Shown here one piece after another: positions 24,572 to 32,446 of a stretch of 64,000 bases of DNA; the stretch's first letter is position 1, and each line of letters starts with the position of its first letter. Source of the stretch: an uncultured Fibrobacteraceae bacterium (GTDB lineage Bacteria > Krumholzibacteriota > Krumholzibacteriia > LZORAL124-64-63); contig CAYNPY010000002.1 of assembly GCA_964399195.1 (NCBI GenBank), forward strand, positions 15,129-79,128, given 5' to 3'. Below the pieces are notes generated by a model that made no database searches, was not told where the DNA came from, and saw only the letters and a list, made by a program, of their open reading frames with translations. The position numbers were made by a program, and so were the translations under genes.

Positions 24572-26647
24572 TCAGCGGACCACCGTGAACTTGCGCACCG
24601 AGCGGCGGCCGCCCAGTTCCAGCGTCGCCCAGTACACGCCCGACGCCACGCGCGCCCCGCGGGCGTCGCGCACGTCCCAGCCGACCTCGTTCAGCCCGGC
24701 CTGGCCGGACGGCAGGTCGCGCGCGAAGACCGTCGCGCCGCGGGCGTCGAGGATCGCCAGCCGGCCGGGCCGCGCCGTCTCCAGCCAGTAGCGCAGCACG
24801 ATCCAGCCGCCCCGCGAGGGGTTCGGGAAGGCCGACTGCAGGCCCTCGGCGAGCAGACCCTCGCCCAGCGGCGTCCACAGCAGCCAGCGGTCGGGATCCA
24901 GTTCGGCCCCGCTGACCGCCGACTCGAACTCGAACGTCGCGGCGGCCGCGGCGCCTGCCAGGCGCAGCGAGACGTCCCGGGGGCCCTGCGCGGTCGCCAC
25001 GCGGATGGGGTACACGTTGGCGAAGAGCGGCTGCTGGTGCTGCGACAGCGACACCCGCAGGCGCGTGCCGGGCCCGGCGTCGCCGTCCTCGACCGCAAAG
25101 CGGGCGGCGATCCGGGGCAGTTCCGTGCTTTCCAGGTACGGCCAGAGGAACGGGCCCAGGTCCTCCCCCGCCAGCGTCGAGGCCAGGGCCAGGAACTCCG
25201 TCGTCGTCACGTTGCCGCCGGGGCGCCCGCCGCCGTCCGCCCATTGCCGGACCAGGTCGAAGAAGACGGCGTCGCCCAGGCGACCGCGCAGCATGTGCAC
25301 GATCCAGGCGCCCTTGTCGTAGATCACGCGCCCCGGGAACACCGGCACCGGGTCGTGGACGGGGCCCTGCTGCTCCCACTCGGCCTCGTTGCGCGCTTCG
25401 GCCATGAACGCGTGGTAGGCCGCGACCCCGCCGGTGTGCTCGGCCCAGAGGGCCTCGCTGTAGGTGGCGAACCCCTCGTTCAGCCAGATGTCGGCCCAGG
25501 TGGCCGGCGTCAGGCTGTCGCCGAACCACTGGTGCGCCAGCTCGTGCATCACGAGCCAGGCGCCCGAGCCGTCGCCGTCCAGCGCCACCGAGCCGATCGA
25601 GGTGACCGTCTGGTGCTCCATGGCGCCGGGCCAGATGAACTCGGCGTGGCCGTACTTCTCGCCGGCGAAGGGGTAGGGGCCGAAACGCGTCTCGGCCACG
25701 TCCATCATCTCGCACAGCGGCGCGAATTCGACCGCGGCGTCGGCCGCGTCCTCGGGGAACACCCAGTTGCGCAGCGGCACCGCGGTGCCGCCCGAGGTGA
25801 GGCACTCCGACTGCAGCAGCACGTGGTTGCCGACGACCACCGACACCAGGTAGGACGCGATCGGGTACGCCTCGCGCCAGCGCCAGCGGTTGCGACCGGC
25901 GCCCGCCGCCTCGACGCCCAGGAGCGCGCCGTTGGAGACGGCGACCAGCGTGTCGGGCACGGTGAGCGCCAGCGAGACCAGGAACTTGTCGCCGGGCTTG
26001 TCCTTGCAGGGCCACCACGACTGCGCGTACGCCGGCTGGCTCATGCTGGCGATCAGCGGCACGGTCTCCTGCGGCCTGTTGATGTCGGGCACGCGGTCGC
26101 GGAACATCAGCCCGCGGTTGAGCGCCGGCAACAGCGGGCGGCCGCCGTAGCGGACGGTGAACGAGTCGACCTGGCCGTCGGCCAGCGCCGCCGGCAGCGT
26201 CACCGTCAGCGTGTCGCCGGCGTGCGCGAACGGCAGGCTGCCGGAAGCATGGTCGACGCCCGCCACCGTGAGCGTCGTGCGCAGGTCGCAGGTGATGTCG
26301 CGCAGGCCGGCGCGCCTGGCTGAGAAGACCATCGCCACGGCGCCGTCGACGGTCCGCTCCGCGGGATCCAGCGCCAGGTCCAGGTCGCAGCGCAGCATGT
26401 CGTAGAAGTCGCTGTTGGCCGCGGCGTCGCCGAAGGCGCCGTTGTGGCCCTCGTCCGCGGCGCCCGCGACCGGCTCGATCAGGGACTTGGCGGCCTGGAA
26501 TTCCGCGCGCGTCAACCCCGGGTGCACGGGCGCGCGGCGGTCCGGCGCGGCGTCCGCCGCCGTCGCGGTCGCCAGGACCAGCAACAGGGTCCGTGCCTGC
26601 GTGAGGAGCGATGACGGGCGGCAGCGGGTCGGCAGCAGGTTCATCAT
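24572..26647 (-). CDS. M1-family zinc aminopeptidase with FlgD-Ig/T9SS-like C-terminal domain
   Basis: 691 aa with a signal peptide. The GAMEN-type motif is WPGAMEHQT. The zinc site is HELAHQWFG-x18-WLNEGFATYSE. The C-terminus is PNPSRGGWIVLRYWL...GVYWATLELGGRRSVRKFTVVR. There are two adjacent ATGs (26647 or 26644). Confidence 0.85.
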   Translation of the reverse strand: MMNLLPTRCRPSSLLTQARTLLLVLATATAADAAPDRRAPVHPGLTRAEFQAAKSLIEPVAGAADEGHNGAFGDAAANSDFYDMLRCDLDLALDPAERTVDGAVAMVFSARRAGLRDITCDLRTTLTVAGVDHASGSLPFAHAGDTLTVTLPAALADGQVDSFTVRYGGRPLLPALNRGLMFRDRVPDINRPQETVPLIASMSQPAYAQSWWPCKDKPGDKFLVSLALTVPDTLVAVSNGALLGVEAAGAGRNRWRWREAYPIASYLVSVVVGNHVLLQSECLTSGGTAVPLRNWVFPEDAADAAVEFAPLCEMMDVAETRFGPYPFAGEKYGHAEFIWPGAMEHQTVTSIGSVALDGDGSGAWLVMHELAHQWFGDSLTPATWADIWLNEGFATYSEALWAEHTGGVAAYHAFMAEARNEAEWEQQGPVHDPVPVFPGRVIYDKGAWIVHMLRGRLGDAVFFDLVRQWADGGGRPGGNVTTTEFLALASTLAGEDLGPFLWPYLESTELPRIAARFAVEDGDAGPGTRLRVSLSQHQQPLFANVYPIRVATAQGPRDVSLRLAGAAAAATFEFESAVSGAELDPDRWLLWTPLGEGLLAEGLQSAFPNPSRGGWIVLRYWLETARPGRLAILDARGATVFARDLPSGQAGLNEVGWDVRDARGARVASGVYWATLELGGRRSVRKFTVVR

Positions 26648-26678
26648 CGTCCGATCCTATCACGCCCGCGGGGCGCCG

Positions 26679-27611
26679 TCACTCGACGATGCGCGCGCCC
26701 GCCGGCACCGAGGCGGTGATCCAGGCCCCGCCGCCGATCACCGCGCCGGCGCCGATCTGCGTGGCGCCGCCGAGGATGGTGGCGTTCGCGTAGATGGTGA
26801 CGCCGTCGCCGATCGTCGGGTGCCGCCGGCCGCCCTTGACCAGCGAGCCGTCGGGATTGCGCGGGAAGCTCAGCGCGCCCAGCGTGACGCCCTGGTAGAC
26901 CTTGACCCCGGCGCCGATGCGCGTGGTCTCGCCGATCACGACGCCGGTGCCGTGGTCGATGAAGAAGGCCGGCCCGATCACGGCCCCCGGATGGATGTCG
27001 ATGCCGGTCTGCCGGTGGGCCCACTCGCTGAGCATGCGCGGCAGCAGGGGCACGCCCAGCCCGTGCAGCGGGTGGGCCAGGCGGTGGACGGCCACCGCCA
27101 GCAGACCGGGATAGCAGAGGATCACTTCCTCGCGGGAGCGCGCCGCCGGGTCACCCTCGAACGCCGCCTGCACGTCGCCGGCGGCCAGCTCCCGCACGGC
27201 GGGCAGCTGCCGCAGGTAGTCCAGGGCCAGCCGGCGGGCGGCCGCCGCGTAGCGGTCGCTGTCCGGCCCGTCGTCCGCCGCCAGTTCCGGCGGGGGGTTC
27301 CAGAGCTCCTCGCACCGGCTGCCCCGGCGGTGGCAGAAGCGGAAGATGTCCGCCATGACGCCCGCCAGGGTCCGGCTCACGTCGTCCAGGCGCCCGCCCA
27401 GCTGCAGCTCCAGATCCGCTCCCGGCGGCACCGGGGCGCCGTGGTAGCCCGGGAACACCAGGGCCAGCAGGTCCCCGAGAAGCCGCTCGATGACCGCCGG
27501 CGACGGCAGATCCTCCCGCCCGGCGCGGTTCAGGACCTCCAGGCGGCGATAGCTGTCGGCCAGCGCCCCGGCCAGCTCCCGCAGGCGCCCGCCCCGTTCC
27601 GCTTCGGTCAC
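26679..27611 (-). CDS. cysE: Serine O-acetyltransferase (long form)
   Basis: Uses the GTG at 27609-27611 with AGGAGGGG 5 nt upstream, inside ORF 26679-27809, giving 310 aa. Matching strings are AAFEGDPAA, ILCYPGL and HRLAH. The hexapeptide-repeat C-terminus is IDIHPGAVIGPAFFIDHGTGVVIGETTRIGAGVKVYQGVTLG...RHPTIGDGVTIYANATILGG. Confidence 0.8.
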   Translation of the reverse strand: MTEAERGGRLRELAGALADSYRRLEVLNRAGREDLPSPAVIERLLGDLLALVFPGYHGAPVPPGADLELQLGGRLDDVSRTLAGVMADIFRFCHRRGSRCEELWNPPPELAADDGPDSDRYAAAARRLALDYLRQLPAVRELAAGDVQAAFEGDPAARSREEVILCYPGLLAVAVHRLAHPLHGLGVPLLPRMLSEWAHRQTGIDIHPGAVIGPAFFIDHGTGVVIGETTRIGAGVKVYQGVTLGALSFPRNPDGSLVKGGRRHPTIGDGVTIYANATILGGATQIGAGAVIGGGAWITASVPAGARIVE

Positions 27612-27869
27612 GCGATCCCCTCCTGCCGCGCCCGGATGGTCGCGGCGCGGCCGGCAAGATACGTCCGCCGGGCGCCCCCCTGCCAGCGGCGCCCGCCCGC
27701 GGCGCCCCGTGGCCCGGCCGCCCGCCGGGGCTTGCCAGCGCCCGTGTTCGGTCGCATCCTGTCGGGACGGTTTCCGCCGGAACCCGCCCGGCCCGACCGG
27801 GGTATGCACCGGGTCCGCCGCCCGTCAGGCGAGCGGCCGGTCCCACCCATCCAACCGGAGAGTTCGCGC

Positions 27870-28874
27870 ATGCGCCGCCTGCTGCCGATCCTGTTCCTGC
27901 TGGCCGCCCTGGTCGCGGCCGGCGCGGCCACGGCCCAGTCGATCAAGCTCGAGCCGACGTTCCTCGACTTCGGCAAGATGAAGCAGATGGAGACCCGCAC
28001 CACGAAGGTGAAGATCACCAACGTCGGCGCCGGGCTGCTGGTCATCGAGAACGTGCAGGCGGACTGCGGCTGCACGGTGCCCGAACTCCAGGTCAAGGCG
28101 CTGAAAGCCGGCGAGTCGACCGACCTGACCGTCCACTTCGACAGCAAGACGTTCAGCGGCCCGGTCCACAAGCTGGTCAAGATCACATCCAACGATCCGG
28201 ACCGCCGCCTGGTCGAGCTGCCCCTGTCGGCGGAGGTCCGCGCCGTGCTCCTGATCGATCCCGTCAGCGAGCGCGTCGGCTTCAGCAGCGGGTTCCTGGG
28301 CGAAGTGGCGTCGCGCACGGTGACCTTCACGGCCCCGGACGTGGCGCTCAAGCTGCAGGCCGACAAGACGCAGAAGGGCCTGTTCGACGTGAAGGTGACC
28401 AATGGCGTGGGCGGGGATCCGCACAAGTCGCAGTTGGAGATCATTCGCCCGGCGCGCATGAAGGTGGGCCAGCACGACGACGTGGTGCGGGTCGCGACCA
28501 ACGTCCCGGAACGTCCCACGATCGACATCAGCATGCGCGCGGCGGTCACCGCCGAACTCAGCGCGACTCCCGAGGTGGTCAGCTTCCTCTACCGGCCGAC
28601 GTTCGACCAGAGCGTGAAGGTCTTCGCGGCCAAGCCGCCATTCGATTTCAAGGTCACCAAGGCGGAGATCGACCTGCCCGAGATCAAGCTCGAGGTCGTC
28701 GAGACCGTGCCTCGCCAGGAGACGCACATCAAGCTCACGGGCAAGCCCATCCCCGCTTCCGATCCGCGGGTCGCCGCCGCCAAGGGACGCATCACCGGCA
28801 CCCTGCGCATCCATACGAACCTGAAGTCCGTGCCCCTCATCGAGGTGCCGGTCTCCTACATGGTCCGGATGTAG
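27870..28874 (+). CDS. DUF1573 domain-containing secreted protein (three Ig-like modules)
   Basis: Uses ATG 27870 in ORF 26415-28874, giving 334 aa, with a signal peptide (LLPILFLLAALVAAGAATAQ). The first module is FDFGKMKQMETRTTKVKITNVGAGLLVIENVQADCGCTVPE, with the CGCT motif typical of DUF1573 (from memory). Two further beta-rich modules follow. Confidence 0.75.
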   Translation: MRRLLPILFLLAALVAAGAATAQSIKLEPTFLDFGKMKQMETRTTKVKITNVGAGLLVIENVQADCGCTVPELQVKALKAGESTDLTVHFDSKTFSGPVHKLVKITSNDPDRRLVELPLSAEVRAVLLIDPVSERVGFSSGFLGEVASRTVTFTAPDVALKLQADKTQKGLFDVKVTNGVGGDPHKSQLEIIRPARMKVGQHDDVVRVATNVPERPTIDISMRAAVTAELSATPEVVSFLYRPTFDQSVKVFAAKPPFDFKVTKAEIDLPEIKLEVVETVPRQETHIKLTGKPIPASDPRVAAAKGRITGTLRIHTNLKSVPLIEVPVSYMVRM

Positions 28875-28877
28875 CCG

Positions 28878-29411
28878 ATGGCCCGCCCCTGGTCCGGCGC
28901 CGCCAGCCCCGCCGCGCCGCCGCCCCTGCGGGTGGCCGCGCGCCAAGCGCTCGTCCTGCTGCTGCTGGCGGTCGCGCTGGCGGGCGCGCGCTGGGCCGCC
29001 TGGCCGCCCCGGCTGCCGCTGGCGGCGGACGCCGCCGACTACGAGCTGGACCTGAGCGCGCCGCTGGTCGAGGTGGCCCAGGCGCAGCGCTACTTCGAGG
29101 AAGGCGCGCACCTGTTCATCGACACGCGCGACTACGGACCCGCCGCGTCCGAGGCCGTGCCGGGCGCCTTCACGCTGCGGCCGGAAGCGTTCGACGACGA
29201 CCTGCTGGCGCTGCTCGACATCGTCGGCCCGCAGGAGCGGCTGGTGCTCTACGGCGACGGCAACCTGGCGCTGGCGAACAACGTCGCCGCCCGCCTCAAG
29301 CAGCGCGGTTACGAGAACGTGGAACTGCTCAAGGGCGGGCTGGACGCGTGGCGCGCGGGCGGGGGACCGGTCTCGCCGCGCCAGCCGGCCGCGGAAGCGG
29401 AGGCCCCGTGA
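28878..29411 (+). CDS. Membrane-anchored rhodanese-homology-domain protein lacking the catalytic cysteine
   Basis: 177 aa with an N-terminal TM helix (ALVLLLLAVALAGA). The rhodanese-like core is HLFIDTRD...ERLVLYGDGNLALANNVAARLKQRGYENVELLKGGLDAW. The position of the active-site Cys (usually YC..G.RS) reads YGDGN, and the whole protein has no Cys. Confidence 0.7.
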   Translation: MARPWSGAASPAAPPPLRVAARQALVLLLLAVALAGARWAAWPPRLPLAADAADYELDLSAPLVEVAQAQRYFEEGAHLFIDTRDYGPAASEAVPGAFTLRPEAFDDDLLALLDIVGPQERLVLYGDGNLALANNVAARLKQRGYENVELLKGGLDAWRAGGGPVSPRQPAAEAEAP

Positions 29412-29839
29412 TGCGTTGGGTGTCGCTGGCCTGCCGCCTGCTGGTCGGCGGCGTCTTCATCTGGGCCTCGCTGGACAAGCTGGCCCACCCCGCCGAGTTC
29501 GCCAAGGCGATCCACCACTACCGGCTGGTGCCGTACGCGCTGCTGCACCCGTCCGCGCTGCTCCTGCCGGCGCTCGAGCTGGTGGCGGGACTCGCGCTGG
29601 TGGCCGGCTGGCGGCGCCGGGGCGCCGCGCTGCTGTGCGCGGTCATGCTGGTGGTGTTCATCGCCGCGATCGCCAGCGCGCTGGTGCGCGGGCTGGACAT
29701 CAGCTGCGGCTGCTTCGACACCGACGGCGGCCATGCCGTGGGCCTGGACCTGCTGTGGCGCGACGTGCTGCTGCTGGTGGCCTGCCTGCCGCCGCTGCTG
29801 GGGCGGCGCTGCGGCCCGGGACTGGACCGCGAGCGCTGA
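29411..29839 (+). CDS. MauE/DoxX-family redox-associated membrane protein
   Basis: Uses ATG 29411 in ORF 29348-29839 and overlaps the rhodanese stop by 1 nt. The 142-aa product has four predicted TM helices. Matching strings are IWASLDKLAHPAEFAKAIHHYRLVP and the loop motif DISCGCFD. Confidence 0.7.
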   Translation: MRWVSLACRLLVGGVFIWASLDKLAHPAEFAKAIHHYRLVPYALLHPSALLLPALELVAGLALVAGWRRRGAALLCAVMLVVFIAAIASALVRGLDISCGCFDTDGGHAVGLDLLWRDVLLLVACLPPLLGRRCGPGLDRER

Positions 29840-29850
29840 GGAGAATCCGC

Positions 29851-29880
29851 ACCGATTCGCGGCCGATTCGCATAATCGGT
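29851..29880. repeat. Short direct plus inverted repeat cluster just after mauE-like stop
   Basis: CCGATTCGC occurs at 29852-29860 and again at 29863-29871. ACCGATT (29851-29857) or CCGATT (29863-29868) is complementary to AATCGGT (29874-29880). Confidence 0.4.
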
Positions 29881-29924
29881 TGCAAACGCTGGGCTTGAGC
29901 CGGCAATTGAGAACCAAGGTCAAT

Positions 29925-29953
29925 TTGACAGAGCAGGTTCAAGGCGTCATTAT
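29925..29953 (+). promoter_or_regulatory. Candidate sigma70-type promoter of the ferredoxin gene
   Basis: Consensus TTGACA (29925-29930), a 17-nt spacer, then CATTAT (29948-29953). It lies in the lowest-GC stretch of the 175-bp spacer, about 60 nt before ATG 30015. Confidence 0.4.
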
Positions 29954-30014
29954 TCCCGCGTAAACCGCCGCCCCCCGGGTGCGGCGCCGGAAACGTCCCC
30001 CAGGAGGATGAGCG

Positions 30015-30194
30015 ATGCCCGCCATTGTCGATAAGAGCCTCTGCAACGCGTGCGAATCCTGCATCGAAGCCTGCCCGACCGAAGTGATCTCGATGGTCGA
30101 CGGCAAGGCCTGGGTCAACCCCGAGGAGTGCATCGACTGCGAGGCGTGCATCGATGCCTGCCCCGAGGACGCCATCAGCATGGTGGACGCCTGA
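30015..30194 (+). CDS. 2x[4Fe-4S] ferredoxin (59 aa; absent from the ORF track)
   Basis: Hand translation gives MPAIVDKSLCNACESCIEACPTEVISMVDGKAWVNPEECIDCEACIDACPEDAISMVDA, then TGA at 30192-30194. It contains two CxxCxxCxxxCP motifs. AGGAGGA sits 6 nt upstream of the ATG. Confidence 0.8.
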   Translation: MPAIVDKSLCNACESCIEACPTEVISMVDGKAWVNPEECIDCEACIDACPEDAISMVDA

Positions 30195-30226
30195 GCGGCG
30201 CCTGCGCCCGCATCTGAGCGATCGTG

Positions 30227-30255
30227 AAGAGGGCGCCCCCGCGGGGCGCCCTCTT
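30227..30255. terminator. Hairpin between convergent ferredoxin and ybjQ-like genes (candidate bidirectional terminator)
   Basis: AAGAGGGCGCCC (30227-30238) pairs perfectly with GGGCGCCCTCTT (30244-30255) around a 5-nt loop. On the plus strand it ends CTCTTT-CGCTT. It lies 33 nt from each stop codon. Confidence 0.5.
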
Positions 30256-30288
30256 TCGCTTCCGGACCGCGGTCGCTCCGGGCGGCCG

Positions 30289-30621
30289 TCAGATGTCCTC
30301 GATCACGACGGCGGTGCCGTAGGCCAGCAGCTCGGCGGCGTGCTCCATCATCTCGGCCGAGGCGAAGCGCATCCCGACCACCGCGTTGGCCCCGTTGGCC
30401 TGCGCCTGCGCGATCATGCGGTCGAGCGCCTCCTCGCGGCACTCGGCGATCATCTTCGTGTACTCGGAGATCTCGCCTCCGACCAGGTTCTTCAGCCCGG
30501 CCAGGATGTCGCGCCCCACCGAGCGGGACCGGATGGTGTTGCCGCGCACCAGGCCGATGGTCCGGACGATGCGCTTGCCAGCGACCTGCTCGGTCGTCGT
30601 GACGATGATGGGATCCCGCAC
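30289..30621 (-). CDS. YbjQ/UPF0145 family protein
   Basis: 110 aa. Matching strings are IIVTTTEQVAGKRIVRTIGLVRGNTIRSRSVGRDILAGLKNLVGGEISEYT, EALDRMIAQAQANGANAVVGMRF and AYGTAVVIE, characteristic of the family. Confidence 0.85.
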   Translation of the reverse strand: MRDPIIVTTTEQVAGKRIVRTIGLVRGNTIRSRSVGRDILAGLKNLVGGEISEYTKMIAECREEALDRMIAQAQANGANAVVGMRFASAEMMEHAAELLAYGTAVVIEDI

Positions 30622-30631
30622 GGACGCCTCC

Positions 30632-31090
30632 TCAACGGACGATATCGTCGTATCGCGTGTGTCGACGCGCGAACAGCCGTTCGCGCAGCACCGAGACCAG
30701 CAGCACGGTCAGTCCCGCCGCCCCGGCCGCCAGGGCCAGCTTGACCAGCAGCGGCAGTTCTGCGGCAAGGATCGCGCGGCCGGCCTGCCAGAGCGCCCAG
30801 CCGCCGACGACCGCGATGCCGGCGACCATCAGCACCCAGCCCACGGAGCGCTCGGTGCGGTTGTAGGCGCCTTCCCAGAACGCTTCCCAGTCCTCCGGCG
30901 GCGCCTCGCGCAGGCGCAGTCCGGCCGCGGCGCGGTTGAACGCGCGCAGGCGCTCCACCTCGCGGCGGGCCTCGGCGCTGGCGGCCAGGTGGGCCTCGAC
31001 GCGGGCGAGGTCGTCGCCCTCCAGTTCGCCGTCGACGTAGGCGGACAGCAGGGGCGCGTCGCGCTCGGGATCGAAGGGCCGGCCGCTCAT
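30632..31090 (-). CDS. Anti-sigma factor (membrane-spanning, non-zinc type)
   Basis: Uses the internal ATG 31088-31090 of ORF 30632-31645, giving 152 aa, and overlaps the sigma stop (ATGA). The anti-sigma N-terminus is LLSAYVDGELEGDDLARVEAHLAASAEARREVERL, with Ala/Ser where a ZAS protein has CxxC. Two TM helices follow. Confidence 0.65.
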   Translation of the reverse strand: MSGRPFDPERDAPLLSAYVDGELEGDDLARVEAHLAASAEARREVERLRAFNRAAAGLRLREAPPEDWEAFWEGAYNRTERSVGWVLMVAGIAVVGGWALWQAGRAILAAELPLLVKLALAAGAAGLTVLLVSVLRERLFARRHTRYDDIVR

Positions 31091-31746
31091 GGCGCCTCCT
31101 CCAGGCCGAGCGCCGGGCGCAGCCGCTGCCGCGCCGCGTGCAGGCGCGACATCACGGTGCCCAGCGGGATGCCCATCGCCGCGGCGATCTCGCGGTACTT
31201 GCGGCCCTGGAAGTGGTACATCATGAACACCGTGCGCATCTCGGGCGGCAGCTCCGCCAGCGCGCGGCCGAGCCGCTCGCGCAGATCGTTGGCCTCGGTC
31301 GTCGCCAAGGCGTCGGGCGCGCCGTCCGGGCGCTCGACGAATTCGAGCGGAACATCGCCCCGGTGGCGCTGCTCGTCGCGGCGCTGGTTGAGCGCCGTGT
31401 TGCGGACGATGCGGTAGAGCCAGGGGAAGAACGGCTCTTCGAGCCGGAAGCGGGGCAGCGAACGGTGGACGCGCAGGAACGACTTCTGGACGGCGTCCAT
31501 CGCGTCGTCGTGGTTGCCGGTCAGGCCCAGCGCGATGCCGTAGGCCGGCTGCCGGTAGCGATTCATCAGCTGCTCGAATCCGTCCGTGTCGCCCGCCAGG
31601 AAGCGTTCGATGTCGGCGCGGTCCCGGCGGCGCTCCTCGGCCCACGGATCGACGGCCGGCGCCCCCGGGACGCCCGGTGACGCGGTCCCTACCCGGGCCT
31701 TGGCCCGGTTATTCGAGCGGGCGCCGCCGAACGCCGCCGGCAGCAC
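31087..31746 (-). CDS. ECF-type RNA polymerase sigma-70 family factor
   Basis: 219 aa from a GTG start directly abutting the upstream stop. Region 2 is FEQLMNRYRQPAYGIALGLTGNHDDAMDAVQKSFLRVHRSLPRFR...FFPWLYRIVRNTALN. Region 4 is LPPEMRTVFMMYHFQGRKYREIAAAMGIPLGTVMSRLHAAR. Confidence 0.85.
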   Translation of the reverse strand: MLPAAFGGARSNNRAKARVGTASPGVPGAPAVDPWAEERRRDRADIERFLAGDTDGFEQLMNRYRQPAYGIALGLTGNHDDAMDAVQKSFLRVHRSLPRFRLEEPFFPWLYRIVRNTALNQRRDEQRHRGDVPLEFVERPDGAPDALATTEANDLRERLGRALAELPPEMRTVFMMYHFQGRKYREIAAAMGIPLGTVMSRLHAARQRLRPALGLEEAP

Positions 31747-32325
31747 TCAGGCGTCCTTCCCCGCCCGCCAGGGCACGTCCGCGACGCCGGCGGCGAGGTT
31801 GGCCGCCCGGGCGGCCGTGAACAGGTAGTCGCTCAGGCGGTTGAGGAAGATCAGGGCGCCGGCCGGCACCGGCTCGGAACCGGACAGGGCCACCGCGGCC
31901 CGCTCGGCCCGGCGGCAGATCGTCCGGGCCAGGTGCAGGTGCGCGGCCGCCGCCGTGCCGCCGGGCAGGATGAACTGGCGCAGCGGAGGCAGACGGGTGT
32001 CGTGGGCGTCGATCAGGCGCTCCAGCGCGGCCGCCTCGAAGGGGTCGCCCGGGGCGCCGGGCGCGCAGAGTTCGGCCGAGCGCCGGGGGTCGGCCAGCAC
32101 CGTGCCGAGGTCGAACAGGCGGCTTTGCAGGGCCGTCAGTTCGGCGGCCAGATCGCGCTCGCCGGCGGCGCCACTCGCCAGCAGGGCCACGCAGCAGCCC
32201 AGCGCGCTGTTGAGCTCGTCGATGTCGCCGTAGGCGCCGACCCGCCCGCTGGTCTTGGGCACGCGGGCGCCGTCGCCCAGAGACGTCTCGCCGCGGTCGC
32301 CGCCGCGGGTGTAGATGCGGATCAT
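31747..32325 (-). CDS. PduO-type ATP:cob(I)alamin adenosyltransferase
   Basis: 192 aa. Matching strings are MIRIYTRGGDRGETSL, GDIDELNSALG, LQSRLFDLG, FILPGG, AAHLHLARTICRRAER and LNRLSDYLF. Confidence 0.85.
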   Translation of the reverse strand: MIRIYTRGGDRGETSLGDGARVPKTSGRVGAYGDIDELNSALGCCVALLASGAAGERDLAAELTALQSRLFDLGTVLADPRRSAELCAPGAPGDPFEAAALERLIDAHDTRLPPLRQFILPGGTAAAAHLHLARTICRRAERAAVALSGSEPVPAGALIFLNRLSDYLFTAARAANLAAGVADVPWRAGKDA

Positions 32326-32446
32326 GGGGCGGTCTCCTTGCTGGCGCGGGTCCCAAGGCCGGAGTGGTCTCGGCCGGCGCGGTCCCGGCAGGCGGCGTCC
32401 CGGCGGCGCCCATTGTGGGCGACGAACCCGGGCCGGGAAAGGGAAA

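Noticed and set aside
29921-29931. GTCAA-T-TTGAC palindrome upstream of the ferredoxin gene as a second Rex box
   Set aside because: The half-site spacing (1 nt) is incompatible with the 4-nt spacing of the palindrome at 21121-21136. The TTGACA arm is better explained as the -35 of the ferredoxin promoter.
32326-32446. B12-box-like string (CAAGGAGACCGCC) upstream of the PduO-type adenosyltransferase as a cobalamin riboswitch
   Set aside because: The string is mostly the Shine-Dalgarno sequence. The spacer is only 121 nt, and I cannot find the other conserved cobalamin-riboswitch core elements. An Infernal scan would settle it.
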